NCBI GenBank assembly: GCA_026417115.1
Contig: JAOADW010000008.1
Location: 31,227-95,226, forward strand
DNA from: Rhodocyclaceae bacterium
GTDB lineage: Bacteria; Pseudomonadota; Gammaproteobacteria; Burkholderiales; Rhodocyclaceae
DNA length: 64,000 bases
Reading direction: 5' to 3'
Every line of letters begins with the position of its first letter. Positions within the stretch are counted from its first letter, which is position 1. The notes beneath the pieces are model-generated. The model was not told the origin of the DNA and did not search any database. It was given only the letters and a program-made list of their open reading frames with translations. Shown here in pieces: positions 22,482 through 34,576 of the stretch. A program made the position numbers and the translations under genes.

Positions 22482-23558
22482 ATGCCGATGCAACAGACAG
22501 AAAACCTCAATATCGAAGCGTTCGACGACATGCCGACGCCCGAGGAGATCCACGCGCGCGTCCCCATGACCGAAGCCGCGGAAAGAACCGTACTTTCCGG
22601 TCGGCGCGCCATCGAAGCGATCCTCGATCGACGCGATCCCCGGCTCTTCGTGATCGTCGGCCCCTGCTCGATCCATGATCCTGTCGCGGGCCTCGATTAT
22701 GCCCAGCGTTTGAAAGCCCTGGCCGATGAAGTGGCCGATACGCTCCTCATCGTCATGCGGGTCTATTTTGAAAAGCCACGCACCTCAACGGGCTGGAAGG
22801 GTTTCATCAACGACCCCTATATGGACGATTCCTTCCACATCGAGGAAGGCATGCAAAAGGCGCGCGAGTTCCTACGCTCGGTCAATGAGCTCGGACTCCC
22901 CGCGGCAACCGAAGCGCTCGATCCGATCGCCCCTCAATACCTGGGTGATCTCATCAGCTGGACCGCAATCGGCGCACGCACTTCGGAATCACAAACCCAT
23001 CGCGAGATGGCTTCCGGGCTCTCCACGCCGGTCGGCTTCAAGAATGGCACCGACGGCTCCGTCGATACCGCGATCAACGCCATCCTTTCGGCCTCTCGTC
23101 CGCACAGCTTTCTGGGCATCAACATGCAAGGCAAAAGCTCGATCGTGCGCACGCGTGGCAACCGCTATGGCCACCTCGTGCTCAGAGGCGGCGGCGGTCG
23201 TCCAAACTATGACACCGTTTCTGTGACCATCGCCGAGGAGGCGCTTTCCAAAGCGGGGCTGGCTCAAAACATTGTCATCGATTGTTCGCATGCCAACAGC
23301 TATAAAAAGCCAGAATTACAGCCGCTCGTGATGCATGATGTCGTCAATCAGATTCGACTTGGCAACCGTTCGATCGTGGGTCTCATGATCGAAAGCTTTA
23401 TCGAAGGCGGCAACCAGCCCATCCCCGACGATCCCGCTCAGCTCAAGTATGGTTGCTCGGTCACCGACCCCTGCGTCGACTGGCCCACGACCGTGCGCAT
23501 GATGCACGAGGCTTATGAAATCCTGCGCGGCCCCTTGGCAGGAAGGAAGGTGTTATGA
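22482..23558 (+). CDS. 3-deoxy-7-phosphoheptulonate (DAHP) synthase class I
   Basis: GPCSIHD, KPRT, IGARTSESQ, DCSHANS; the aroF/G/H paralog cannot be assigned. Confidence 0.95.
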   Translation: MPMQQTENLNIEAFDDMPTPEEIHARVPMTEAAERTVLSGRRAIEAILDRRDPRLFVIVGPCSIHDPVAGLDYAQRLKALADEVADTLLIVMRVYFEKPRTSTGWKGFINDPYMDDSFHIEEGMQKAREFLRSVNELGLPAATEALDPIAPQYLGDLISWTAIGARTSESQTHREMASGLSTPVGFKNGTDGSVDTAINAILSASRPHSFLGINMQGKSSIVRTRGNRYGHLVLRGGGGRPNYDTVSVTIAEEALSKAGLAQNIVIDCSHANSYKKPELQPLVMHDVVNQIRLGNRSIVGLMIESFIEGGNQPIPDDPAQLKYGCSVTDPCVDWPTTVRMMHEAYEILRGPLAGRKVL

Positions 23559-24781
23559 CGCTGATCAAGCCTTTCCGCGGGCTCAGGCCAGCGCCCGGAC
23601 GCGCTGCCGACGTGATTGCGCCCCCTTACGACGTGGTCTCCTATGCGGAAGCCAAGAGCCGTGCTGCAGGCCGCCCTTGGTCTTTCTTACATGTCTCGCG
23701 GCCGGAAATCGATCTCCCCGAAGGAGTCGATCCCTACGCTCCAGACGTCTATGCAAAGGCCGCCGAAAACCTTGGACGCATGATTGCGCATGGCGTTTTA
23801 CGCCGAGACGAGGCGCCGAGCTATTACGCCTACCGCCTGACGATGGGAGATCATACGCAAACGGGTCTCGTCGTCACCGCCTCCCTGGCCGCGTATGAGA
23901 CGGGCCGCATCAAGCGGCATGAGTTTACGCGGCCCGACAAGGAAGACGACCGTGTTCGTCAGATCGAGGCGACCAATGCGCAAACGGGGCCGGTGTTACT
24001 CGCCTATCCACGGGACGCCGAAGCCGACAATCTCATTGCCGCGCTCGCCACGGGAAAAGCAGATGCCGACGTCACTGCCGAGGATGGTGTCCGACACGAA
24101 CTCTGGCATTGTCATGACCCCACCCTCATCTCTGCGATCACACGCCGTTTCGAGGACATCCCAGCGCTTTACATCGCCGATGGGCACCATCGCTCGGCAG
24201 CAGCCGCGCGCGTCGGAGCCAAACGCCGTCGTCCTGGCTGCGAACAATCCTCCGACTATTTTCTCGCCGTCGTCTTTCCTCACCATGCATTGCGGATCAT
24301 GGATTACAACCGGGTCGTCAAAGACCTCAATGGTCTTTCCACCCAGGAATTCCTGTCCCGCTTGCAGGAAAAGTTCAGCGTCGAGGCCAGCGCATCCCCC
24401 GTCAAGCCAGGCGCCCACGGCGAATTTGGCCTTTATCTCGCTGGCCAATGGTATCGGCTGCGCCTTGCTCCGCGTTATTTCAGCACGGATCCGGTCGCCG
24501 GACTCGACGTTTCCCTGCTCTCCCAGCACATCCTGGAACCCATCCTAGGGATCATCGATCTGCGCCGCGACCAACGCATCGATTTCGTCGGCGGCATTCG
24601 GGGCCTTATGGAGCTCGAACGCCGGGTAGACAGCGGTGAAATGGCCGCCGCATTCGCACTCTATCCGACGAGCATGGAAGAGTTGATGCGGGTAGCCGAC
24701 TCCGGCCGCGTGATGCCCCCCAAATCGACCTGGTTCGAGCCGAAGCTAGCGGATGGCTTGGTTTCGCACGTGCTCGACTGA
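23555..24781 (+). CDS. DUF1015 family protein
   Basis: PPYDV, IADGHHR, MPPKSTWFEPKL. Confidence 0.9.
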   Translation: MTLIKPFRGLRPAPGRAADVIAPPYDVVSYAEAKSRAAGRPWSFLHVSRPEIDLPEGVDPYAPDVYAKAAENLGRMIAHGVLRRDEAPSYYAYRLTMGDHTQTGLVVTASLAAYETGRIKRHEFTRPDKEDDRVRQIEATNAQTGPVLLAYPRDAEADNLIAALATGKADADVTAEDGVRHELWHCHDPTLISAITRRFEDIPALYIADGHHRSAAAARVGAKRRRPGCEQSSDYFLAVVFPHHALRIMDYNRVVKDLNGLSTQEFLSRLQEKFSVEASASPVKPGAHGEFGLYLAGQWYRLRLAPRYFSTDPVAGLDVSLLSQHILEPILGIIDLRRDQRIDFVGGIRGLMELERRVDSGEMAAAFALYPTSMEELMRVADSGRVMPPKSTWFEPKLADGLVSHVLD

Positions 24782-24935
24782 GCCCATGATACGCGGGTGA
24801 GGCAGGCTGTCTCGGAGACTTTTACGCGGCGCTCGTTCGCTTTCTTGCCGAAACCCGAGTAATGCCTTGGTTGCGGCCGCGCGCATTCCACGCCGCGCGC
24901 GGCATTTCGCAGGTACCAGCAAGGCGAAAACCCAA

Positions 24936-25436
24936 TCAAGCCAGCGCTTTCAGCGCAGCCTCATAATCGGGCTCGTCGGCGATCTCGGGCACCATTTGCG
25001 TATGACGCACGATGTCGTTCTCATCGAGGACGACGACGGCGCGCGCCGTCAGCCCCGCCAGTGGTCCATCGGCAATCTTCACGCCCCAAGCCGACATGAA
25101 TTCAGGATGACGGAAAGTGGAAAGATGGGTGACGTTGTTCAGCCCCTCGGTTGCGCAAAAACGCCCAGCCGCGAAGGGAAGATCTGCGGAGATGACGAGA
25201 ACGACGGTATTGGCGAGTTTCGCCGCATATTCGTTGAACTTACGCGTCGAGGTCGCACAGGTAGGCGTATCGAGGCTTGGCACGATATTGAGGACTTTTC
25301 GTTTGCCAGCGAAATCGGCGAGCGTGACATCGGCCAGTTGCCCATTCGTGAGCACGAAAGCCGGCGCCTTTGCGCCGACACTGGGAAAAATGCCTTCGAC
25401 GCGACAAGGATTGCCACGCAGAGTAATGGTGATCAT
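24936..25436 (-). CDS. tpx: Thiol peroxidase
   Basis: [19 protein letters not shown]. Confidence 0.95.
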   Translation of the reverse strand: MITITLRGNPCRVEGIFPSVGAKAPAFVLTNGQLADVTLADFAGKRKVLNIVPSLDTPTCATSTRKFNEYAAKLANTVVLVISADLPFAAGRFCATEGLNNVTHLSTFRHPEFMSAWGVKIADGPLAGLTARAVVVLDENDIVRHTQMVPEIADEPDYEAALKALA

Positions 25437-25448
25437 GTCTGGTTTCTC

Positions 25449-26234
25449 CTAAGAAAAGGGATTGATAAATGTGGCAAGCCGCGGCAGCACCGACAACGCG
25501 TTTGCAGAAGTAGCGGCGCAGAAATCGGTGAGCGGTTCGCCCCGTAATTTTGCCAAGGTTTCCGCAATGGGCAAGAGATCGGCTGGCTCGGTGCGTTTAT
25601 GCGTCCTCCACGCAGGGGGGATATCGGGAGCATCCGTCTCGAGAACGATCGCATCCCGGGGCAGCGCTTTGGCGAGCGCGCGCAGTTTCTGCGCCCGCTC
25701 GTGGGTCACAGCGCCGCCCAACCCCAGTTTGAAGCCCAAGCGAGTGAATTCCCGTGCTTGCTCGAGGCTGCCGTTGAACGCATGCGCAATGCCCCCGGGC
25801 GGCTGGATGCGACGCAGCTCATGCAGAATGGGATCAATCGCCCGCCGCACATGGAGCAAAACGGGCAAAGACAGCTCGCGCGCTATAGACAGTTGGGCGC
25901 GAAAGTAATAAAGCTGGCGCTCGTCATCTCGCGGCGACACATGGCGGTCGAGCCCGATTTCCCCGACGGCGACAGCAGGCTCGCGCATGAGCGTTGCGCG
26001 CAAGACGTCGAGATCTTCGGGCAGGGCCTGATCGACATACATCGGGTGGATGCCATAGGCAGGTGCACAACCCGCATAGTCGCGGCAAATGCTCGCCACG
26101 GCGCCAAAATTGGCGCGCTCGATCGCGGGCACAACGATCGCGACTATGCCGGCAGATTCCGCGCAGCGCATGAGATCGTCTCGATCCGCATCGAATTCGC
26201 GCGCGTCGAGATGACAATGGGTATCGATCAGCAT
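25449..26234 (-). CDS. TatD family hydrolase
   Basis: IDTHCHL, GEIGLD, LETDAP. Confidence 0.93.
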   Translation of the reverse strand: MLIDTHCHLDAREFDADRDDLMRCAESAGIVAIVVPAIERANFGAVASICRDYAGCAPAYGIHPMYVDQALPEDLDVLRATLMREPAVAVGEIGLDRHVSPRDDERQLYYFRAQLSIARELSLPVLLHVRRAIDPILHELRRIQPPGGIAHAFNGSLEQAREFTRLGFKLGLGGAVTHERAQKLRALAKALPRDAIVLETDAPDIPPAWRTHKRTEPADLLPIAETLAKLRGEPLTDFCAATSANALSVLPRLATFINPFS

Positions 26235-26304
26235 ACGCCCCCCGCCTCTTCAAGGCCGAATCCAGCCTTCGCGCTCTCGCCGCAGCGGAGAAGAAACGCC
26301 GCGA

Positions 26305-26499
26305 TCAGCCGACTTCGTCGATCCAGGCCTGCTGGATGGCCTCGAGCTTTTTCTCGCCACAACGCTTTTCGTCTTCTTCGAAGCCAGGCAAAGCCATCAC
26401 CCAGCGCATCAAATCGACGAAATTGACGGTGCGGGGATCGACATCGGGATAGCGCTCGGCCAACTGGATGGCGATTTCGAGCGAATCGGTCCATTTCAT
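26305..26499 (-). CDS. iscX: Fe-S assembly protein IscX
   Basis: [10 protein letters not shown]...EKKLEAIQQAWIDE. Confidence 0.93.
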   Translation of the reverse strand: MKWTDSLEIAIQLAERYPDVDPRTVNFVDLMRWVMALPGFEEDEKRCGEKKLEAIQQAWIDEVG

Positions 26500-26843
26500 T
26501 TGCGCGTCCCCCCTTCTTTGACCATGTTGATCGTGTATTTGGGAATCTCGATCGTCAGCGGCATATCCGCGACGATTGCCTGACATGACAAGCGTGAAAC
26601 GGGGGTCAGCCCCCATGCCTTGTCGAGCATGTCTTCTTCCACCTCGTCCGGAGGTTCGAGGGATTCATAGCCCTCTCGCACGATCACATGACAGGTCGTA
26701 CAAGCACAGGACATTTCACAGGCATGCTCGATTTCGATGCCATTCTCCAGAAGCGCCTCACAAATGGATTTGCCCGGCTCGGCCTCGATGACAGCACCGT
26801 GGGGACAAAGTTCTTGATGAGGCAACACGATGATGCGGGTCAT
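26496..26843 (-). CDS. fdx: ISC 2Fe-2S ferredoxin
   Basis: [19 protein letters not shown]. Confidence 0.95.
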   Translation of the reverse strand: MTRIIVLPHQELCPHGAVIEAEPGKSICEALLENGIEIEHACEMSCACTTCHVIVREGYESLEPPDEVEEDMLDKAWGLTPVSRLSCQAIVADMPLTIEIPKYTINMVKEGGTRK

Positions 26844-28708
26844 GTCGTGATCTCTGCAATGTTCTTGCCCGCAAGCGCGCGCTGAATGCTTTGATTCATG
26901 CGCCGCGCAGCGAAGTCAACCGTAGCGTCGGAAAGCGCCTTCATGGCCTTGTCGATGGCGGCGCGGTCATCGCCCAGCATCACGGCCTGCAATTTCGCGA
27001 TGCATGCTTCGATCTTTTCCCGTTCCTCTGCGGATAGCAAATGCGCATCCTCCTTGAGGGCGGAATTGACAGCCTCCACGAGCCGCTGCGCTTCCACCTG
27101 AGCTTCCCGCAAGGCGCGACGGAAGGCATCTTCGGTCGCATGGAGGAAGCTATCCTTGAGCATCGCCGCGATTTCGTCATCGCTCAGGCCATACGAGGGC
27201 TTCACCTCGATTTTTGCTTCCCGTCCGGTCGTCTGCTCGCGCGCGCTCACCGTCAATAGACCATCGGCATCGACTTGGAACGTCACGCGGATGCGTGCAG
27301 CACCCGCGACCATCGGCGGGATGCCGCGCAGCTCGAAACGCGCGAGGCTGCGACAATCGGAGACGAGCTCGCGCTCTCCCTGGACGACATGAATCGCCAT
27401 CGCCGTTTGACCATCTTTGAAGGTCGTGAAATCCTGTGCGCGAGCAATGGGAATCGTCGAGTTGCGCGGAATGATCTTTTCCACCAATCCCCCCATCGTC
27501 TCAATGCCTAAGGAGAGAGGAATCACGTCGAGCAACAGCCAATCATCGCCGGCCGCGCGGTTGCCCGCCAGCAGATTGGCCTGGATCGCGGCGCCCAAAG
27601 CAACGACCTTGTCGGGATCCAGATTATTGAGCGGCTCTTGACCAAAGAACTGCGCCACCGCCTGCTGGATTTGGGGCATGCGCGTCGCCCCTCCGACCAT
27701 CACCACGCCCTTGATTTCGCTGGGCGACAAGCCAGCGTCACGCAATGCCCTGCGCGTGGGCGTCAAAGTTCTCTGTACGAGATTGCGTGTGATCTCGGTA
27801 AACGTGGCCGAAGTGAGTTTCAGATCGACGAATTCACCCGTCGAAAGTCTCGCCGTGATGGGCGCCTCCGGATTGAAGGTGAGAAACTCTTTGGCCTCCT
27901 TGGCGCGCATCAGGAGAAGCTGAGCATCTTCGTCGGAAAGCGGTGATAGGCGCGCCTGTTCCAATACCCAGCAAAAGATGCGCCGATCGAAATCATCCCC
28001 CCCCAACGCGGAATCGCCGCCGGTCGCCAACACCTGAAATACGCCTTTGGTCAATTTCAGGATCGAAATATCGAAGGTTCCCCCGCCGAGGTCGAAGACG
28101 GCATAGACGCCCTCCGCGGCGTTATCGAGGCCGTAGGCAATCGCAGCCGCCGTAGGCTCGTTCAAGAGGCGCAGCACATGCAAACCTGCAAGTCTCGCCG
28201 CGTCCTTGGTCGCCTGTCGCTGAGCATCATCGAAATAGGCAGGCACGGTGATGACGGCGCCCGTCAGGCTGCCCCCCAAGGCTGCTTCGGCGCGATCGCG
28301 CAGCGTTTTCAGAATCTCGGCAGAGACTTCGACGGGGCTCTTGACACCCTGACGCGTGCGGATCTTGACCATGCCCGGCGCATCCTCGAAGTCATAAGGC
28401 AGCGCCTCGAGATGGGCGATGTCCTTCAAGCCGCGGCCCATGAAACGTTTGACCGAGACGATCGTGTTTTTCGCATCGTGCGCCTGATGAGCGAGCGCCG
28501 GATATCCCACTTCAATCGCGCCATCGGGGCAATATCGCACGACTGACGGCAGCAAAGGTCGCCCTTGCTCGTCGTTGAGCACGACCGCCATCCCGCTGCG
28601 AACGGTCGCCACGAGTGAATTGGTCGTGCCTAGGTCGATGCCTACCGCGAGCCGGTGCTGATGCGGGGCCGTAGATTGTCCTGGTTCGGCGATTTGCAAA
28701 AGCGCCAT
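26840..28708 (-). CDS. hscA: Fe-S chaperone HscA
   Basis: [19 protein letters not shown], Hsp70 fold within the isc operon. Confidence 0.97.
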   Translation of the reverse strand: MALLQIAEPGQSTAPHQHRLAVGIDLGTTNSLVATVRSGMAVVLNDEQGRPLLPSVVRYCPDGAIEVGYPALAHQAHDAKNTIVSVKRFMGRGLKDIAHLEALPYDFEDAPGMVKIRTRQGVKSPVEVSAEILKTLRDRAEAALGGSLTGAVITVPAYFDDAQRQATKDAARLAGLHVLRLLNEPTAAAIAYGLDNAAEGVYAVFDLGGGTFDISILKLTKGVFQVLATGGDSALGGDDFDRRIFCWVLEQARLSPLSDEDAQLLLMRAKEAKEFLTFNPEAPITARLSTGEFVDLKLTSATFTEITRNLVQRTLTPTRRALRDAGLSPSEIKGVVMVGGATRMPQIQQAVAQFFGQEPLNNLDPDKVVALGAAIQANLLAGNRAAGDDWLLLDVIPLSLGIETMGGLVEKIIPRNSTIPIARAQDFTTFKDGQTAMAIHVVQGERELVSDCRSLARFELRGIPPMVAGAARIRVTFQVDADGLLTVSAREQTTGREAKIEVKPSYGLSDDEIAAMLKDSFLHATEDAFRRALREAQVEAQRLVEAVNSALKEDAHLLSAEEREKIEACIAKLQAVMLGDDRAAIDKAMKALSDATVDFAARRMNQSIQRALAGKNIAEITT

Positions 28709-28723
28709 GATGAATTCCCTCTT

Positions 28724-29266
28724 CTATCCCTCGATCTCGGCAATCGCCGCATCGATTTCGTGCTTCAGTTTTTCTTCGAACATCAACCGGCGTATCAGCT
28801 GGGCCGCCGTCTCGTAGCGTCCGTCGTCGATGGCTTGGACAAGCTCCCCGTGATGCCGCCCGATCTCGCCACGCACGCTGCGGTATAAGTCTTCCAAGCG
28901 GGTCAGGTCGCCTTTAGCGCGCGCCTCTTCGACCGCTTCGCGCGCCTCCATCTGCGCCGCCAGGAATTCCATTGGCATTGCGGTATGAGTGTCCAAGCGC
29001 GCATCATGGCCCGCGAGATGCAAGAGATAAATGGCGCGCCTAAGCGGATCCTTGAGCGTTGCATAGGCCTCATTGACGCGCGCAGCCCACTCCATGGCGC
29101 GGCGTTGGGCCTCAGCCGTAAGGTGAGCATGTTTGTCGGGATGGGCGCGCGCAATCAAGGCTTCATAGCGCCGCGCAAGCTCGGCGCCATCGAGCGCCTG
29201 CTGGCGCGGCAGTCCAAAAAGCGAGAAATGATCGCCCGTGGCGCTGAAAAGATCGTTATCCGTCAT
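28724..29266 (-). CDS. hscB: Co-chaperone HscB
   Basis: J-domain HPD motif, NEAYATLKDPLRRA. Confidence 0.93.
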   Translation of the reverse strand: MTDNDLFSATGDHFSLFGLPRQQALDGAELARRYEALIARAHPDKHAHLTAEAQRRAMEWAARVNEAYATLKDPLRRAIYLLHLAGHDARLDTHTAMPMEFLAAQMEAREAVEEARAKGDLTRLEDLYRSVRGEIGRHHGELVQAIDDGRYETAAQLIRRLMFEEKLKHEIDAAIAEIEG

Positions 29267-29592
29267 CAAACCGTGAAGGATTCGCCGCAACCGCAGGTCT
29301 CTCGCACATTGGGATTGTTGAATTTGAACCCTTCGTTGAGGCCTTCGCGCGTATAGTCGAGTTCCGTCCCATCGAGATAAGGCAGGCTTTTCGGATCGAT
29401 GACGATCTTGATGCCATGGCTTTCGAAAACCACGTCATCGGGCTCATAAGCATCGGCAAACTCGAGCTTATAGGCCATGCCGGAACAGCCCGACGTCTTG
29501 ACGCCGAGGCGAATGCCGATGCCTTTGCCACGTTTGGCGAGAAACGCGGCCACATGACGCGCCGCGGCCTCCGACAGCGTAATGCCTCTCAT
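29266..29592 (-). CDS. iscA: Fe-S assembly protein IscA
   Basis: SGCSG, CGCGESF. Confidence 0.95.
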   Translation of the reverse strand: MRGITLSEAAARHVAAFLAKRGKGIGIRLGVKTSGCSGMAYKLEFADAYEPDDVVFESHGIKIVIDPKSLPYLDGTELDYTREGLNEGFKFNNPNVRETCGCGESFTV

Positions 29593-29975
29593 AGCAGCCC
29601 CTTCTTCTTTTTGTAATCCGCCACCGCCGCCTTGATCGCATCCTCGGCGAGGATCGAACAGTGGATTTTCACTGGCGGCAGCGCCAACTCCTCGGCGATC
29701 TGCGTGTTCTTGATCTGCAAAGCCTCCTCGAGCGTCTTGCCCTTGACCCATTCCGTCACCAACGAGGACGACGCGATCGCCGAACCACAGCCATAGGTCT
29801 TGAATTTGGCGTCTTCGATGACGCCTTCTTTGTTGACCTTGATCTGTAGCTTCATGACGTCGCCACAGGCAGGGGCGCCGACCATGCCGGTACCCACGTC
29901 CTCCTCGTCTTTCGCGAAGGAACCGACGTTGCGAGGGTTCTCGTAATGATCGATGACTTTGGCGCTATAGGACAT
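29589..29975 (-). CDS. iscU: Fe-S scaffold IscU
   Basis: [25 protein letters not shown]. Confidence 0.97.
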   Translation of the reverse strand: MSYSAKVIDHYENPRNVGSFAKDEEDVGTGMVGAPACGDVMKLQIKVNKEGVIEDAKFKTYGCGSAIASSSLVTEWVKGKTLEEALQIKNTQIAEELALPPVKIHCSILAEDAIKAAVADYKKKKGLL

Positions 29976-29987
29976 GATGACCTCCAA

Positions 29988-31202
29988 TCAGTGAGCCGCC
30001 CATTGGACGGTGGACAAATCGATGCCTTCTTTGTACATCTCCCAGAGCGGGGAAAGATCGCGTAACCTCGCGATCTTTTCCTTGAGCAGTTTGACCGTAT
30101 AGTCGATTTCCTCCTCGGTCGTGAAACGGCCGAGCGTGAAGCGGATCGAGCTATGGGCGAGTTCGTCGGAACGCCCTAGCGCGCGCAGGACATAGGAAGG
30201 TTCGAGGGATGCCGAAGTGCAAGCCGAACCCGACGATACTGCGATGTCCTTCAACGCCATGATCAACGACTCGCCCTCGACATAGGCAAAACTGACGTTG
30301 AGATTGTGTGGCACTCGCTGTTCGAGGTCTCCATTGATATAGGTTTCCTCGATTTCCCGCACGCCTGCGAGCAAGCGGTCGCGCAACATGCGAATGCGCT
30401 CGTTTTCAGTCGCCATTTCCTCCCGCGCGATGCGGAAGGCTTCGCCCATGCCGACGATCTGGTGCGTCGGTAAAGTCCCGGAACGCAGGCCGCGCTCGTG
30501 TCCCCCGCCATGCATCTGAGGCTCCAGCCGCACCCTCGGCTTGCGGCGCACGAAGAGCGCGCCAATGCCTTTTGGCCCATAGGTTTTGTGCGCGGAAAAA
30601 GACATCAAATCGACCTTGAGTTCCGCGAGATCGATGGGCATCTTACCCGTCGCCTGTGCGGCGTCTACGTGAAAGATCGTGCCATTGGCGCGGCAGATTT
30701 CTCCCAGTTCGGCAATCGGCTGGATCACGCCAATCTCGTTATTGACCGCCATCACGGAGGCCACGACCGTATCCTTACGCAACGCGCGCTTGAATGTCTC
30801 GATATTGATGAGACCATTCTCCTCTGGCATCAGATAGGTGGCCTCAAAGCCTTGGCGCTCGAGCTCCTTGACGGTGTCGAGCACCGCCTTGTGCTCGGTG
30901 GCGACCGTCAAGATGTGCTTGCCTTTCGTAGCCGCATAGAAATGCGCAGCGCCCTTGATCGCCAGATTATTGGATTCGGTGGCGCCAGAGGTCCAGATGA
31001 TTTCCTTCGGATCGCAATGGACGAGCAAGGCCACCTGTTCGCGCGCCTCCTCGACGGCTTTCTCGGCCTCCCAGCCGAAAACATGCGAACGTGAAGCGGG
31101 ATTGCCAAATTTCTCGGTGAGATAAGGCAGCATCTTCTCGACCACCCGAGGATCGACAGGGGTCGTCGCCGAATAGTCGAGGTAGATGGGCAATTTCAAC
31201 AT
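29988..31202 (-). CDS. iscS: Cysteine desulfurase IscS
   Basis: [33 protein letters not shown]. Confidence 0.97.
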   Translation of the reverse strand: MLKLPIYLDYSATTPVDPRVVEKMLPYLTEKFGNPASRSHVFGWEAEKAVEEAREQVALLVHCDPKEIIWTSGATESNNLAIKGAAHFYAATKGKHILTVATEHKAVLDTVKELERQGFEATYLMPEENGLINIETFKRALRKDTVVASVMAVNNEIGVIQPIAELGEICRANGTIFHVDAAQATGKMPIDLAELKVDLMSFSAHKTYGPKGIGALFVRRKPRVRLEPQMHGGGHERGLRSGTLPTHQIVGMGEAFRIAREEMATENERIRMLRDRLLAGVREIEETYINGDLEQRVPHNLNVSFAYVEGESLIMALKDIAVSSGSACTSASLEPSYVLRALGRSDELAHSSIRFTLGRFTTEEEIDYTVKLLKEKIARLRDLSPLWEMYKEGIDLSTVQWAAH

Positions 31203-31216
31203 GGAATTTCTCCTGA

Positions 31217-32380
31217 TCATGCAGCCATGGCCGTCATGGCGCGCAAATGAGAAAGGGTTTCTGCGAGCGCCTGCAAAAATTCGGCGATGTCGGCCTCCGC
31301 CTGGTGCGCGCCCAGACTCACTCGCACGGCGCCGCGCGCCAGCGCCGGCGCCACCCCCATCGCCAACAACACATGCGATGCCTGGGTCTGAGCCGAAGAA
31401 CACGCTGCACCGCTTCCCAGAGCAAACCCTCGACGCGCGAGCCTTTCCACGAGCGTCTCGCCATCGATGCCGGCAAACGTGAAAAAACTTGTATTCGGCA
31501 AGCGCAACGCCTGTTGCGCAAAGATCGTCGCACCCAGCGCGGCAAGCCCCGCTTCAAGCTGTTCGCGCAAGCGGGCAAGGCGCTGCGCCGTCTCCTTGAG
31601 TCGGACGCTCGCCAATTCACAAGCAGCGCCGAAGCCAACCAAGGCAGGCACATTTTCGGTTCCCGAGCGTAGGCCGCGCTCCTGCCCCCCGCCATCGATG
31701 AGCGGCAACAACTCGACGCATTTATCGACGATCAGCGCACCTGCGCCTTTCGGGCCGCCGATTTTGTGCGCGGAAAGGCTCATCGCATGGACGCCCGCAG
31801 CATTGAGCCGGCGAAAATCGAGAGGCAGCTTACCCAACGCCTGCACGGCATCGGTGTGAAACCAGGCGCCGCTTTCATGCGCGAGAAGCGCGAGCGTTTC
31901 GACTTCTTGGATCGTGCCCGTCTCGTTGTTGGCAGCCATCAGGGAAATCAAGGTGGGCTGCTCGCCGAGCATCGCAAGAAAGTCTTCTTTGAGCACCCGC
32001 CCTTCGCCATCGACAGAGATTTGCCGCACCCGCCAACCTTGCCGGCCCAAGGCAGCCGCAGCCCGCCAAACGGAAGGATGCTCAATGGCGCTATGGGCGA
32101 TCAATCCTGGCCTCGTTGCGCTGGCCGCTCCTTTCAAGAACAGATTGTTGGCTTCCGAACCGCCGCTCGTGAAAATCACTTCCGTCGGATGGGCGCCGAC
32201 CGCCGCGGCCACCTGTTCGCGCGCCTTATCCAAGGCCCGGCGCGCTTGCCGTCCCCACGCGTGCCGGCTCGAAGGATTGCCATAACGGTCCGTCAAAAAG
32301 GGCATCATCGCCTCTAATACTGTCGGCTCCAGCGGCGTCGTCGCATTGTGGTCGAGATAAACGGCGGCCATGGCGACCAT
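31217..32380 (-). CDS. Second class I cysteine desulfurase
   Basis: [27 protein letters not shown]. Confidence 0.9.
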   Translation of the reverse strand: MVAMAAVYLDHNATTPLEPTVLEAMMPFLTDRYGNPSSRHAWGRQARRALDKAREQVAAAVGAHPTEVIFTSGGSEANNLFLKGAASATRPGLIAHSAIEHPSVWRAAAALGRQGWRVRQISVDGEGRVLKEDFLAMLGEQPTLISLMAANNETGTIQEVETLALLAHESGAWFHTDAVQALGKLPLDFRRLNAAGVHAMSLSAHKIGGPKGAGALIVDKCVELLPLIDGGGQERGLRSGTENVPALVGFGAACELASVRLKETAQRLARLREQLEAGLAALGATIFAQQALRLPNTSFFTFAGIDGETLVERLARRGFALGSGAACSSAQTQASHVLLAMGVAPALARGAVRVSLGAHQAEADIAEFLQALAETLSHLRAMTAMAA

Positions 32381-32865
32381 CAGGCAGTGGCATGCACCGA
32401 GAGGCGCTTGTTCTTGCGGCTCTCGGGCAATGCTTGCAACGCAACCTCGGCACAGCGCGTGTCTTGCTGCTCGCGCACGAGATCCGCGAGCGTCACAGAA
32501 TTCAAATATTCATACATGCGCTGATTGAGCGTCATCCACAGGTTATGGGTCATGCAGGGACGCTCCTCTTGGCAATTGCCGCGCCCCCCACAATTCGTAG
32601 CGTCGAGCGGCTCATCGACGGCGCGAATGATGTCGGCCACCGAAACCTCTTCAAGCGCCTTGGCGACCGTATAGCCTCCCCCTGGGCCACGGGTGCTCGC
32701 CACCAACTTGTTGCGCCGGAGTTTGCCGAAAAGCTGCTCGAGATAGGAAAGGGAAATTTTCTGCCGCTCGGCTATCCCCGCCAGGGTCACCGGGCCTGCA
32801 TGCTGACGCAGCGCCACATCGATCATCGCGGTTACTGCGAATCGTCCTTTGGTCGTCAATCTCAT
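32380..32865 (-). CDS. iscR: Fe-S cluster regulator IscR
   Basis: MRLTTKGRFAV, RGPGGGY, three Cys plus THNLW. Confidence 0.96.
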   Translation of the reverse strand: MRLTTKGRFAVTAMIDVALRQHAGPVTLAGIAERQKISLSYLEQLFGKLRRNKLVASTRGPGGGYTVAKALEEVSVADIIRAVDEPLDATNCGGRGNCQEERPCMTHNLWMTLNQRMYEYLNSVTLADLVREQQDTRCAEVALQALPESRKNKRLSVHATA

Positions 32866-32938
32866 CGCTCACCTCGTTTGCGCGTCTTTTGATCGCCGTG
32901 TTTATCGGCTTGCTCACAAGATAGTATTCCTTACCTTT

Positions 32939-33691
32939 TTAGTCAACTATCTTCGACAAATAATTGGGATCGAATTTGTCCGCCATCGCCAGATCATCTT
33001 CCAGCTTCACGCCACAGCGCTCGATCGTCTTCAGCAACGCAGCGATGCGTCGATCGGTTTCCACGGCATGGTCCAGCAATCCATGGATCGCCATCGCGAT
33101 GGGGTCCGACGCATCCCGCGTCACCGCATACGCGGAAAAACCCAGCGTTTCCGCCTTTTCTTGCCGTTCCTGCTCACGCCCGGGCTCGATGATGCGCGCT
33201 GGGACACCCACGGCCGTTGCGCCTGGCGGCACATCGCGCACGACGACGGCGTTGGAACCGATCTTGGCGCCTTGCCCAATCGTGATGGGCCCCAGAATTT
33301 TGGCGCCAGCGCCGATGACCACCCCCCGCTCGACCGTCGGATGTCGCTTTCCCTTGTTCCAGGAAGTGCCACCTAACGTCACGCCATGGTAGAGCGTGCA
33401 ATCGTCGCCGATTTCGGCGGTTTCCCCGATGACCACGCCCATGCCATGGTCGATGAACACCCGGCGTCCGATCCTCGCCCCCGGGTGGATCTCGATGCCG
33501 GTGAGCCAGCGGGAAAAATGCGAAAGGCTACGCGCCAGCCAGCGTAGGCCAACGCCCCAAAGCGCGTGAGCGCATCGATGCAGCCAAAGCGCATGAACGC
33601 CTGGATAGCAGGTCACGACCTCCCATGTGCTGCGTGCGGCGGGATCGCGCTCGAATACGCAGCGAATATCTTCTCGCAGACGTGCCAACAT
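32939..33691 (-). CDS. cysE: Serine O-acetyltransferase
   Basis: [24 protein letters not shown]. Confidence 0.95.
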   Translation of the reverse strand: MLARLREDIRCVFERDPAARSTWEVVTCYPGVHALWLHRCAHALWGVGLRWLARSLSHFSRWLTGIEIHPGARIGRRVFIDHGMGVVIGETAEIGDDCTLYHGVTLGGTSWNKGKRHPTVERGVVIGAGAKILGPITIGQGAKIGSNAVVVRDVPPGATAVGVPARIIEPGREQERQEKAETLGFSAYAVTRDASDPIAMAIHGLLDHAVETDRRIAALLKTIERCGVKLEDDLAMADKFDPNYLSKIVD

Positions 33692-33768
33692 CACATTAGC
33701 CTTATATCGTTTGTGGGTATTGTATGATTCCCGATCAGAATGGTCAAATAAAGCCACCCCCACGAGAA

Positions 33769-34572
33769 TCAAGTCGAATGATCGAAATCGCCCCGGGATG
33801 TCCGCGCGAGCGTAGCTATCAGGCCACGCAAGATGTTGACCTCGTTTTTTTCGAGACGAGCGCGTGCGAACAGGCGCCGCAGACGCAACATCAGGCGGCC
33901 TGGCCGCTGCGGATCCAAAAAACCACAGGTGATCGCGGCAGACTCGATCTCTGCGAGCAATCCTTCGATTTCATCGTGGCGAGCCGGAATATCGGCTGCG
34001 CATGACTGCGGCGCGGCGGGCAGTTCGCTGAGCGCAAGCCGCATTTCGTAACACATCACTTGCACGGCAGCAGCGAGATTCAGTGAAGAATAGGCCGGAT
34101 TGGCTGGAATCATCGCCCAGCGACCACATATCGCGAGCTCTTCGTTGCTCAATCCTGTCGTTTCGTTACCGAAGACCAGCGCCACGTCGCCATGGCGACA
34201 GAGCTGCGCCATTTCCGCCGCTGCTTCGCGCGCCCACAGCGGCGGCGTGGCGAGCTCTCGGCTGCGCGCGGTCAACGCCAAGGCGCCATAGCAGCCGCGC
34301 AAGGCATCGGCCAGGGTCGCCACTCTGACCGCCGCCTCGAGGATGTCGCCCGCATTGGAGGCCATGGCTTCGGCTTGGGGATCGGGCAAGGGCGGGCCTT
34401 GCACCAGGATCAGGCGCGTAAACCCCATCGTTTTCATTGCGCGCGCTGTTGCGCCGATATTGCCAGGATGGGAGGGACGACACAGCACGACGCGCACGGC
34501 GGAAAGGCGGGAAGATCCGAGGCTCGGTTTAGAATCTCGGCTTTCGATTTCTTGGGCTGCTCGCCTCATCAT
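33769..34572 (-). CDS. trmJ: tRNA C32/U32 2'-O-methyltransferase, TrmJ family (start uncertain)
   Basis: [33 protein letters not shown]. Confidence 0.9.
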   Translation of the reverse strand: MMRRAAQEIESRDSKPSLGSSRLSAVRVVLCRPSHPGNIGATARAMKTMGFTRLILVQGPPLPDPQAEAMASNAGDILEAAVRVATLADALRGCYGALALTARSRELATPPLWAREAAAEMAQLCRHGDVALVFGNETTGLSNEELAICGRWAMIPANPAYSSLNLAAAVQVMCYEMRLALSELPAAPQSCAADIPARHDEIEGLLAEIESAAITCGFLDPQRPGRLMLRLRRLFARARLEKNEVNILRGLIATLARTSRGDFDHST

Positions 34573-34576
34573 CGCC

